Assembly (NCBI GenBank): GCA_002299465.1
Contig: DBNX01000017.1
Coordinates: forward strand, 1 to 44,110
Length of the DNA: 44,110 nucleotides
Direction: 5' to 3'
From: Patescibacteria group bacterium UBA661
GTDB taxonomy: Bacteria > Patescibacteriota > Minisyncoccia > Phycocordibacterales > UBA918
Part shown: piece by piece, positions 1 through 7,076 of the stretch
Layout of the letters: every line of letters begins with the position of its first letter
Numbering within the stretch: position 1 is the stretch's first letter
Notes under the pieces: generated by a model
Databases searched by the model: none
Told to the model about the DNA's origin: nothing
The model's input: the letters and a program-made list of their open reading frames with translations, nothing else
Made by a program: the position numbers and the translations under genes

Positions 1-37
1 TGCCAATTTTGGGGTACCTTTCAGGGTGTGTTTTTGT

Positions 38-175
38 GGCGAGGCGGGAGAAAGTGATTAAATGTCACTTTCGTTAGGATTCGAAAAGGTTCGTCAGATA
101 TTTTGGTAATACTTGAACCAAAATATCGACAACCTGTACTGAAGCTGCAAGCTTCAAACATCCTACCGCGGAGCC
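38..175 (+). ncRNA. Candidate structured non-coding RNA or tRNA-associated repeat element (multi-branch fold)
   Basis: Nested pairings read directly: GGC..GCGG (38-47)/CCGC..GCC (166-175); GAAAGTGA (50-57)/TCACTTTC (65-72); TAGGAT (75-80)/ATCCTA (160-165); AGGTT-GTC-GATATTTTGGT (87-107)/ACCAAAATATC-GAC-AACCT (117-135); TGAAGCT (140-146)/AGCTTCA (150-156). No ORF in the track; followed by a terminator. Strand inferred from the terminator. Confidence 0.55.
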
Positions 176-187
176 TAATAAAGGTTT

Positions 188-210
188 AGCCACGCGATAG
201 CGTGGTTTTT
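188..210 (+). terminator. Intrinsic terminator
   Basis: AGCCACGC-GATA-GCGTGGTT followed by a T-run. Confidence 0.6.
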
Positions 211-390
211 GCTTGGGTTCTCGCTTAGCCTGAGCTAAGCTAGTCTAGTGCCTAATTTTTTTACTCTAAAAGAATTAACGGTATAGAGTGCCAAGGATGG
301 TGGACTCATCTAGATAGTCGTGTACAATTTATAAGGAGGCGGTATAAATTGACCTGTATCATCTAGTCCCTTTGTAAAGAGGAGTGTGGT

Positions 391-780
391 ATGGATAAAC
401 TGGAAATCATCATCGTTGATGACGACACAATCTTTATACCCTTTTTGCCCAAAAGAGCTGTGAATTACACATTTGCCAGAACCGAGGCTGAAATGTGGCA
501 AGGTCTCAACGCTAAAATATTTGGTGCCATTTTGCTGGATGGTCATCTCCTTAGCTGGAGACCCAACTTCGACGGCGGTGCTGATGTTGTTCACTCTCTC
601 CGGACTAAGAATATAAAAACACCTATCGTCATGTTCTCTTCGGATGACAACAAAAACAGAGTTGGTCTAGCGGCTGGTGCCAATGCTGCCTGGAATAAGA
701 AAAAATTATACGAGAGTAGGTCTTCTCGAGAAACTCTTATTGCCAAAATCATCTCCATCAAGAAATATAAAAACTTTTAG
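391..780 (+). CDS. Stand-alone response regulator receiver (CheY-like) domain protein
   Basis: IIIVDDD acidic pocket, ILLDG phosphoacceptor Asp, TPIVMFSS, AGANAAWNK; GAGGAG SD 6 nt upstream. Confidence 0.85.
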   Translation: MDKLEIIIVDDDTIFIPFLPKRAVNYTFARTEAEMWQGLNAKIFGAILLDGHLLSWRPNFDGGADVVHSLRTKNIKTPIVMFSSDDNKNRVGLAAGANAAWNKKKLYESRSSRETLIAKIISIKKYKNF

Positions 781-1111
781 TAGGAGATCTGTACACTCTC
801 CCGCGTTTCTCTCGTCCGCTTTATGACGAGAGCTTAGTAGAAATTTTGAAGTTATTTGAAATTTCTTAGAGATAAATCCCTTGAAACAACGAATCCTTTA
901 TTATTTTACTCTCTTCTGGGTCAGCTGATTATTTGCGTGTTGCACAATACACCTCATTTCTCTTACGACGTTAGACTAAAACTGTAGTCAGGTCCGACCT
1001 TTGGAGCCGTTGGTTTGCTTCCTTAATTAAAACCCGGAGCCTGCAGTGTGTTGGCTGATGCCTATTAGGAAAAATTTGACTTTATTTGCCAGTTTAAATT
1101 TAGTATAAAAA

Positions 1112-1141
1112 TAGGGGGTGGAATTTAAATTCCACCCCCTA
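1112..1141. terminator. Perfect 30-nt palindrome downstream of the 1163-1675 gene; probable terminator
   Basis: TAGGGGGTGGAATTT/AAATTCCACCCCCTA, followed by T-rich sequence on the minus strand. Confidence 0.6.
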
Positions 1142-1162
1142 CACTTCAAAATCCGTTTTATC

Positions 1163-1675
1163 CTAGTCAAACAGATTGTTGGTGGCGCTGTAGCAGGTTG
1201 CCACAATGTCGCCATCATTTCTGACTGGCGGGTAAGCCCGCTCGCTAACGCTATTGCCAAAGTGATCAATTAGCAACTCCCGTGTCTCGGTGTAAAGCTC
1301 CCAAACTCGGGTCGAGCTGTAATAATCGTCAGGATCAAGCGGCACGTGGTGCATCATACGTCCATAGATTCGGTAGCAAAAGTCTTGCCAGCCGCGGGTA
1401 TCAAGCACGTGCCAATGCCAGTATTCGTCAACAACCGTCGAAATGGCAAACTGTTGACGCGGATACTCGAGAATTGGCAAAGCGTAATACTGACGAAGTG
1501 CCTCCATTGCTTCGTCCTCAAAAAGAACTGGCGTCTCCCCCCGACACAATTTTTTCTTGTTAGCAAGACGGACCACGGGACGCAAATCCTCCACTTTCAG
1601 CTTACCAAGCCGCATCAGATTTTGCTGTCCCCACCCATACTTGATCTTGGTTTCAGCATAGAAAACAGTATCCAT
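1163..1675 (-). CDS. GRDP-like (DUF1399-type) domain protein of unknown function
   Basis: Family-like motif VDEYWHWHVLDTR..QDFC..IYGRMMHHVP; GAGGTG SD 5 nt upstream. Confidence 0.7.
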   Translation of the reverse strand: MDTVFYAETKIKYGWGQQNLMRLGKLKVEDLRPVVRLANKKKLCRGETPVLFEDEAMEALRQYYALPILEYPRQQFAISTVVDEYWHWHVLDTRGWQDFCYRIYGRMMHHVPLDPDDYYSSTRVWELYTETRELLIDHFGNSVSERAYPPVRNDGDIVATCYSATNNLFD

Positions 1676-1873
1676 TGCTTCACCTCACACAGTTGAAAGT
1701 TTTGCCCGCCGACACTCTACTGGTCGGTAAGTAATTTATAACATTTTTATACTTTCATCACAAAACTGAAACGACTGAAAAACATCAGAACTTTTTAACT
1801 CAGAATAATTATCAACCACCAACCCTGTTCGGGGTGACACTTAAATCAACATTGTTAGGTATAATCAGAGAGC

Positions 1874-3112
1874 ATGATGCCTGAAGTAAAATTCGGTACT
1901 CGTTGGAGCGTGCCTGTGGCGGGCTTTCTCCTCGCTTTGATGGGTGGCATATCCTACGCCTGGGGAGTTTTTGTGATACCGATGCGTGACACTTTCGGTT
2001 GGAGCACCGCTGAAGCCACTCTGCCCCTAACCGCCTTTATGGTTATTTTTTCTTTGATGATGGTGCCGGCGGGTATTATTCAAGACCGCATTGGTCCGGG
2101 GCGAGTAGCCTTACTTGGCGCTTTACTTTTCTTTGCGGCTTATGCGCTCGCTGCGCTCGTTGTGGTCTTCCCTAGTCCTTGGTGGTTAATCTTTTCTTAC
2201 AGTCTTCTCGGTGGTATGGCGTGTGGGCTGACCTACGCTTGTGTAGCGCCACCAGCGAGAAAGTGGTTCCCTGACAAACCCGGACTGGCTATCGCCGTAG
2301 CTGTGATGGGTTTTGGTTTGGCGGCGGTAGTTTTTGCGCCACTGAAAGCCAATTATCTGATTCCCGAATACGGCATTGCTGGGACTTTTCTCAGCATTGG
2401 TTTATTGACCGCCATTGTTTCTATTTTTGCATCTTGGCTAATCACTAATCCGCCTAAAGACTGGGTACCAGCTGGATTTTCAAAACCGGACAGCTCAACC
2501 ATTCCGCTTATGGCACAAAACGCCACCCCTCGAGAAGTCGTTGCCAGTTCGCAATTTAAGTTGATGTGGTTTACTTTTGTTTGTGTGATTGCTGGCGGTC
2601 TGATGGCGATTGGGCTCATCCCCACCTACGGCGTAGAGATGCTCAGCCTCACAACAGTCGAAGCCGCCATTGCCATATCCATTTTTGCGGCGGTTAATGG
2701 CTTAGGGCGACCGCTAGCTGGCTACCTCAGTGACCGCTTTGGTATTTTAGAAGTTATGCTGGTTACTTACATTGTACAAGCCCTTACTTATTTACTGTTC
2801 CCATTAGCAGTGACCTCCCTACCCACGCTTTACCTCGGAGCAGCTTTGCTCGGCTGGGGTTTTGCTGTTACTTTGGCGTTATTCCCTGTCCTGACCGCAA
2901 ATTATTTCGGTACAAAAAATATGGGTGTTAATTATGGCTTGGTTTTTACCGCTTTTGGTTTTGGAGCGCTCTCGCCCGTCTTGAGTTCACTACTTTATGA
3001 CCACACCAACAGCTATACCCTAATTTTCCTCATTGTCGGCACACTCACCAGCCTCGGTTGTCTTTTGGTAATTTGTCTTAAGAAAAAATTTCAACCAAAA
3101 TCTTCGACCTAA
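1874..3112 (+). CDS. MFS transporter, OFA (oxalate:formate antiporter-like) family
   Basis: About 12 TM segments; GISYAWGVF, GIIQDRIGP, KWFPDKPGLA, YFGTKNMGVNYG. Confidence 0.9.
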   Translation: MMPEVKFGTRWSVPVAGFLLALMGGISYAWGVFVIPMRDTFGWSTAEATLPLTAFMVIFSLMMVPAGIIQDRIGPGRVALLGALLFFAAYALAALVVVFPSPWWLIFSYSLLGGMACGLTYACVAPPARKWFPDKPGLAIAVAVMGFGLAAVVFAPLKANYLIPEYGIAGTFLSIGLLTAIVSIFASWLITNPPKDWVPAGFSKPDSSTIPLMAQNATPREVVASSQFKLMWFTFVCVIAGGLMAIGLIPTYGVEMLSLTTVEAAIAISIFAAVNGLGRPLAGYLSDRFGILEVMLVTYIVQALTYLLFPLAVTSLPTLYLGAALLGWGFAVTLALFPVLTANYFGTKNMGVNYGLVFTAFGFGALSPVLSSLLYDHTNSYTLIFLIVGTLTSLGCLLVICLKKKFQPKSST

Positions 3113-3417
3113 GAAAGATATTGCTGACTGTATTTAATCATCGCTTGTTCGATGATTCTTATCCCCAGACCCTTTTTGGTAACTCGATAAAAACCAGTAT
3201 CGGTTTTTTCAATCAATTCTTTTTCCCGTAACTGTTTTAATTTGTTAGTAAGAGTCCGCGTAGAGATGTTTTGTAAATCGGACTCAATCTCACAAAATCG
3301 CTTATCACCCGTCATCAAACTGTGGAGAATTAGCATGGTCCAAGTGTCAGATAATAACCGAGATACTTGCACGATAGGGCAAGGGGTTGGTTTTGTTGTT
3401 GGTTTTTTTGCTGACAC
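3109..3417 (-). CDS. HxlR-family winged-helix transcriptional regulator with N-terminal Cys
   Basis: CPI...LLSDTWTMLIL..L..GDKRFCEI...ISTRTLTNKLKQL; GTG start 6 nt downstream of TGCTATACT. Confidence 0.9.
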   Translation of the reverse strand: MSAKKPTTKPTPCPIVQVSRLLSDTWTMLILHSLMTGDKRFCEIESDLQNISTRTLTNKLKQLREKELIEKTDTGFYRVTKKGLGIRIIEQAMIKYSQQYLS

Positions 3418-3438
3418 TTGCTGAGTATAGCAAAAAAT

Positions 3439-3465
3439 TAGTTACTTTACAATGTAAAGTAACTA
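3439..3465. promoter_or_regulatory. Probable HxlR-family operator (13-1-13 perfect palindrome)
   Basis: TAGTTACTTTACA-A-TGTAAAGTAACTA between the divergent regulator and nitroreductase genes. Confidence 0.75.
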
Positions 3466-3550
3466 TGTCTTAAACGATAATCCTCTTTACATTAAAAAGC
3501 TCTGGTCGGTATACTGTGGCTGTTAAAAATAAGTTAAAAAATAAATAACT

Positions 3551-4183
3551 ATGAGCAACTTAAATGAAGCCCTGCAGTGGCGTTACGCTACTCAAAAATT
3601 TAATACTGAACAAATTGTAAGCGAATCTGATCTTAATCTGATTATTGAGGCAGGCAACCTAATGCCGACAGCTTATGGTCTTCAGCCCTTTAAATTTGTG
3701 GTAGTAACCGATAAAGCGATCAAAGAATCTTTGGTGGAGCACTCTTACGGACAACGTCATATCGCTGACAATTCACACCTAATCGTCATTGCTGCTCGTA
3801 CTGACGTTGACGAAGCTGCCATCACTGAGTACACAGACCGCATTGAACAAGTCCGTAATTTGGAACCGGGAAGCGTTTCTGGCTTTAAGTCAATTATGGT
3901 TGGGGATCTAACCAACCGCACTGAATCAGACCGTCTAGTCTGGGCACAAAAGCAAGCTTACTTGGCTCTCGGTGGTATGATGGCTGCCGCTTCGATGTTA
4001 AAAATCGACAATCATGCTCTCGAGGGTTTTAATCCGAAAGCTTACAATGACAGCTTGGGATTAGCTGATGAAAATCTACACGCAACAGTGCTTCTCGCTC
4101 TCGGCTACCGTTCCCCTGACGATGCTTGGCAAACCTACGCTAAAGTTCGTAAAGATTTGACAGATTTGGTAATAAGATGCTAA
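3551..4183 (+). CDS. NAD(P)H-dependent nitroreductase (NfsB-like)
   Basis: WRYATQKF, PTAYGLQPFKFVVV, LEGF, LALGYR, AKVRK. Confidence 0.92.
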   Translation: MSNLNEALQWRYATQKFNTEQIVSESDLNLIIEAGNLMPTAYGLQPFKFVVVTDKAIKESLVEHSYGQRHIADNSHLIVIAARTDVDEAAITEYTDRIEQVRNLEPGSVSGFKSIMVGDLTNRTESDRLVWAQKQAYLALGGMMAAASMLKIDNHALEGFNPKAYNDSLGLADENLHATVLLALGYRSPDDAWQTYAKVRKDLTDLVIRC

Positions 4184-4193
4184 CCTTAAGCTA

Positions 4194-4817
4194 ATGAATA
4201 AACGTGCTTTGATCATCGCCGGTAGTCTGACTTTGTTGTTTTCGGTGACACTACTTGCCTCAGCACAGTTAGGATGGCTCCCCAACAACGAAAAGCAAAC
4301 CCCCCCCTATTCCGAGACTGAGCCGACTAAAGATTTGTCTTTAGCTAAAGACCACCACTGGCATTTAACTCAAGAAATTACTAACGAACGAGGCTTCATT
4401 GAACATATGATCCCTCACCACCAAGAAGCTGTTGATACTGCTCGAGCAGTACTAGAGCGCGGTGGCAGTATTCCAGAGATAGTTACACTGGCTAACACAA
4501 TTATTGAAACCCAGGAGCGAGAAATCGCCATGATGAAAAGTTGGTATGAATCGTGGTATGGCACACCTTATGTAGACACCGGCGTCTATGTGCCAATGAT
4601 GCGTGATCTTAGCGCTCTCAGTGGTGCCGAGCTGGACCGTGTTTTTCTTGAGGATATGATACCCCACCACATTGCGGCGGTAAAAAAATCCGAGAATCTA
4701 AAACCTTACATTGTCCACCCGGAAATGTCTCTACTTATCGAGTCAGTCATTGCTTCTCAGTCAGCCGAAATCAATCTTATGCGGGAATTACTAACCTCTC
4801 TACCGCAATCACAATAA
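4194..4817 (+). CDS. DUF305 (CopM-like) exported metal-binding protein
   Basis: N-terminal hydrophobic segment; two repeats FIEHMIPHHQEAV and FLEDMIPHHIAAV, each followed by Q..EI..M. Confidence 0.88.
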   Translation: MNKRALIIAGSLTLLFSVTLLASAQLGWLPNNEKQTPPYSETEPTKDLSLAKDHHWHLTQEITNERGFIEHMIPHHQEAVDTARAVLERGGSIPEIVTLANTIIETQEREIAMMKSWYESWYGTPYVDTGVYVPMMRDLSALSGAELDRVFLEDMIPHHIAAVKKSENLKPYIVHPEMSLLIESVIASQSAEINLMRELLTSLPQSQ

Positions 4818-4841
4818 AGATAAACTCGCCTAGTTAGTAAA

Positions 4842-5075
4842 TCATTCTTCTGTAATTAGACCCAGTTGTTCAACGAATTCCTCATAAGATTCTGTTATAA
4901 GCAAAGCTTCCGTGGGGTAAATTAAACCTTGCGCGTAAGACTTAAGCACACCGGCAATCTCAACATTACTGTAGCCTTTGGCACTAAGTTTTAAAGCCGT
5001 TTCCAACACCAGATTGTCATCTTTAGTACTCTTCATTAGAGCTGCGGCGAACATTTTTTCAAACGGGTGTGCCAT
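4842..5075 (-). CDS. Hypothetical small helical protein (77 aa)
   Basis: Fills the gap between genes; TGATATACT extended -10 lies 10 nt upstream of the ATG. Confidence 0.7.
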   Translation of the reverse strand: MAHPFEKMFAAALMKSTKDDNLVLETALKLSAKGYSNVEIAGVLKSYAQGLIYPTEALLITESYEEFVEQLGLITEE

Positions 5076-5122
5076 ATTTCCGTGGAGTATATCATTACCC
5101 GGAAAAATGGCACACCCGTTTG
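5060..5122. repeat. 23-bp inverted repeat (1 mismatch, 17-nt loop) spanning a start codon and -10 box
   Basis: CAAACGGGTGTGCCAT-A-TTTCCG (5060-5082) / CGGAAA-A-ATGGCACACCCGTTTG (5100-5122). Confidence 0.85.
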
Positions 5123-5155
5123 CGTTTTTACTCTATCCACCTACAATATCCCTAT

Positions 5156-6016
5156 ATGCCAGAATTACCCGAAGTCGAAACGGTCCGCCTCCAGCTCCGC
5201 CAGCAGTTGGTAAAAAAACGCATCAAAGCCGTAACCGTCCTAAATCTCAAAACCGTCAATCACAACAAAAATTTCTCACACCAGCTAGCGGGTAAAGTAA
5301 TCAATGACATTGATCGAATTGGTAAACTAATGATCGTTAGTTTCGCTAAAGAACCAGACTTATTTCTCTTGATCCACTTAAAAATGACCGGGCAATTATT
5401 TTTCAAAAGCCGGGCGGGCGTGCTTGGCGGTGGGCACACGCTAACCGAATCCACCAAACAACTACCCAACAAACACACCCGGGTGGCTTTTACTTTTAGC
5501 GATAACGCCACTTTATTTTTTAATGATATGCGACTTTTTGGTTACGCCAAATTGGTTACAGCTGAAGAATTGGTGGTCATCCGCGCTCGTTTTGGTCAAG
5601 AACCAATCAGTCCTGACTTTGACGGCGCGGACTTTATGCTTAAACTTAAAAAACGAACCGCCACCATCAAAGCCGTTCTGTTAGACCAATCGTTTATCGC
5701 TGGTCTTGGTAATATTTATGTTGACGAAACATTATTTCACGCCACCGTAAGACCCACCAGACGAGCTCATCTGGTCACCAAAACCGAGGCCTTAGCGATT
5801 ATAAAATTTAGCCAAGAAGTCCTAAAACAATCAATCCGCTACGGCGGTACGACCTTCCAGCATTTTCTTGATACCGGCGGTCAAAACGGAAATTACACAG
5901 ACTGTTTGCAAGTTTTTGGAAGACAAAAACTCCCCTGCTTAAAATGCGGTACGCTCATTAAAAAAATTCGTGTGGCTGGACGCGGTACGCATTATTGTCC
6001 AAAATGCCAGCGGTGA
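5156..6016 (+). CDS. mutM: Formamidopyrimidine-DNA glycosylase
   Basis: MPELPEVET N-terminus (true start 5156), HLKMTG, GLGNIYVDE H2TH motif, C-terminal CxxC...CPKCQ zinc finger. Confidence 0.97.
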   Translation: MPELPEVETVRLQLRQQLVKKRIKAVTVLNLKTVNHNKNFSHQLAGKVINDIDRIGKLMIVSFAKEPDLFLLIHLKMTGQLFFKSRAGVLGGGHTLTESTKQLPNKHTRVAFTFSDNATLFFNDMRLFGYAKLVTAEELVVIRARFGQEPISPDFDGADFMLKLKKRTATIKAVLLDQSFIAGLGNIYVDETLFHATVRPTRRAHLVTKTEALAIIKFSQEVLKQSIRYGGTTFQHFLDTGGQNGNYTDCLQVFGRQKLPCLKCGTLIKKIRVAGRGTHYCPKCQR

Positions 6017-6069
6017 TTACGCTTTTACCAAGAAGACTCCCTGACCTGTCGCGAAGATAAAAACGTTGA

Positions 6070-6327
6070 TTATTTTTTTCGCTGTCTAGCTTGTCTAAGT
6101 GGCGGACATTTTTGCGGTTCTAAGCCAAGCATACCCCATCTTACCCGACCCCAAGTTCGTTCGTGCAGGTAGTAAAATATTATTTTTGCAGTAACATCAA
6201 TAACACCAACACTGGCCATCAACAGTAAATCACCAGTCATAACATACACCACCAACATCGTAGTGATCGAAGCAATGATTCGCCAAGTAATTCCTTTTAC
6301 AATACTCCGAAAATGCGTCTCTCTCAT
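6070..6327 (-). CDS. DUF2061 small membrane protein
   Basis: RSIVKGITWRIIAS...KIIFYYLHERTW; start moved to MRETH, 7 nt after TATAAT. Confidence 0.85.
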   Translation of the reverse strand: MRETHFRSIVKGITWRIIASITTMLVVYVMTGDLLLMASVGVIDVTAKIIFYYLHERTWGRVRWGMLGLEPQKCPPLRQARQRKK

Positions 6328-6409
6328 AGCGAGCATTATACCACCAGAGACTGGTGGTCATAATCTAATAGTAGTTGATAGATAAATACAAGCCAAGTAA
6401 TATAGAGAA

Positions 6410-7075
6410 ATGTTGGTGCAAATTGAGCCAAGCTGGCAACTAGCTTTAGAAGAGGAATTCACTAAACCCTACTTCCAATCGCTCGCTTCAGTGGTGAGGC
6501 AATCTTATTTAGACGGTGTTGTTTATCCGCCACCGCAATTAATCTTTAACGCTTTTAAGCTTTGTCCTTTTACCGACACCCGCGTTGTGATACTCGGACA
6601 AGATCCCTATCATGGCCCCAACCAAGCCCACGGGCTTGCTTTTTCTGTTCCCGATGGAGTGAAAACGCCGCCTTCGTTACTGAACATTTTTAAGGAACTT
6701 TCTAGTGACTTAGAGATAACGAAACACGCTACTACCCCCGACCTTACAGACTGGGCGAGGCAAGGTGTGCTGTTGCTTAACGCAACCTTAACGGTACTAC
6801 CCGGACAACCCGGTTCCCACCAAGGCCTTGGCTGGGAAACTTTCACCACCGCCGTCATCAAAACCCTATCTGACCAAAAAAGTAATGTGGTATTTATTCT
6901 CTGGGGCAAGTTTGCCCAAGCCAAACGTGAACTAATTGATTCCACTAAACATTTAATCTTAGAGGCTCCACACCCCTCACCTTTCTCTGCGCACACTGGT
7001 TTTTTTGGTTCACGACCCTTTAGTCAGACTAATCGTTACCTAGAGAAACACGATCTAAAACCAATCCGCTGGTAA
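6410..7075 (+). CDS. ung: Uracil-DNA glycosylase (family 1)
   Basis: GQDPYH, PPSL, GVLLLN, HPSPFS motifs. Confidence 0.97.
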   Translation: MLVQIEPSWQLALEEEFTKPYFQSLASVVRQSYLDGVVYPPPQLIFNAFKLCPFTDTRVVILGQDPYHGPNQAHGLAFSVPDGVKTPPSLLNIFKELSSDLEITKHATTPDLTDWARQGVLLLNATLTVLPGQPGSHQGLGWETFTTAVIKTLSDQKSNVVFILWGKFAQAKRELIDSTKHLILEAPHPSPFSAHTGFFGSRPFSQTNRYLEKHDLKPIRW

Positions 7076-7076
7076 G

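Noticed and set aside
38..175. Canonical tRNA gene (GGATTCGAA resembles a reversed T-loop)
   Set aside because: No cloverleaf with D-arm and anticodon arm can be built on either strand; kept only as a tRNA-like structured element.
1027..1696. Overlapping ORFs 1027-1269, 1282-1563, 1346-1696, 1354-1566
   Set aside because: Shadows of the motif-bearing 1163-1675 gene; no recognisable features.
5069..5155. N-terminal extension of MutM (similarly ApbE 9110-9226 and L33 17595-17636)
   Set aside because: MutM needs Pro2 as its catalytic N-terminus; the extensions overlap promoters or neighbouring genes.
4978..5295. 105-aa ORF containing a second MAHPF, suggesting a gene duplication
   Set aside because: The repeated peptide is only a by-product of the 5060-5122 inverted repeat; the ORF overlaps two better genes.
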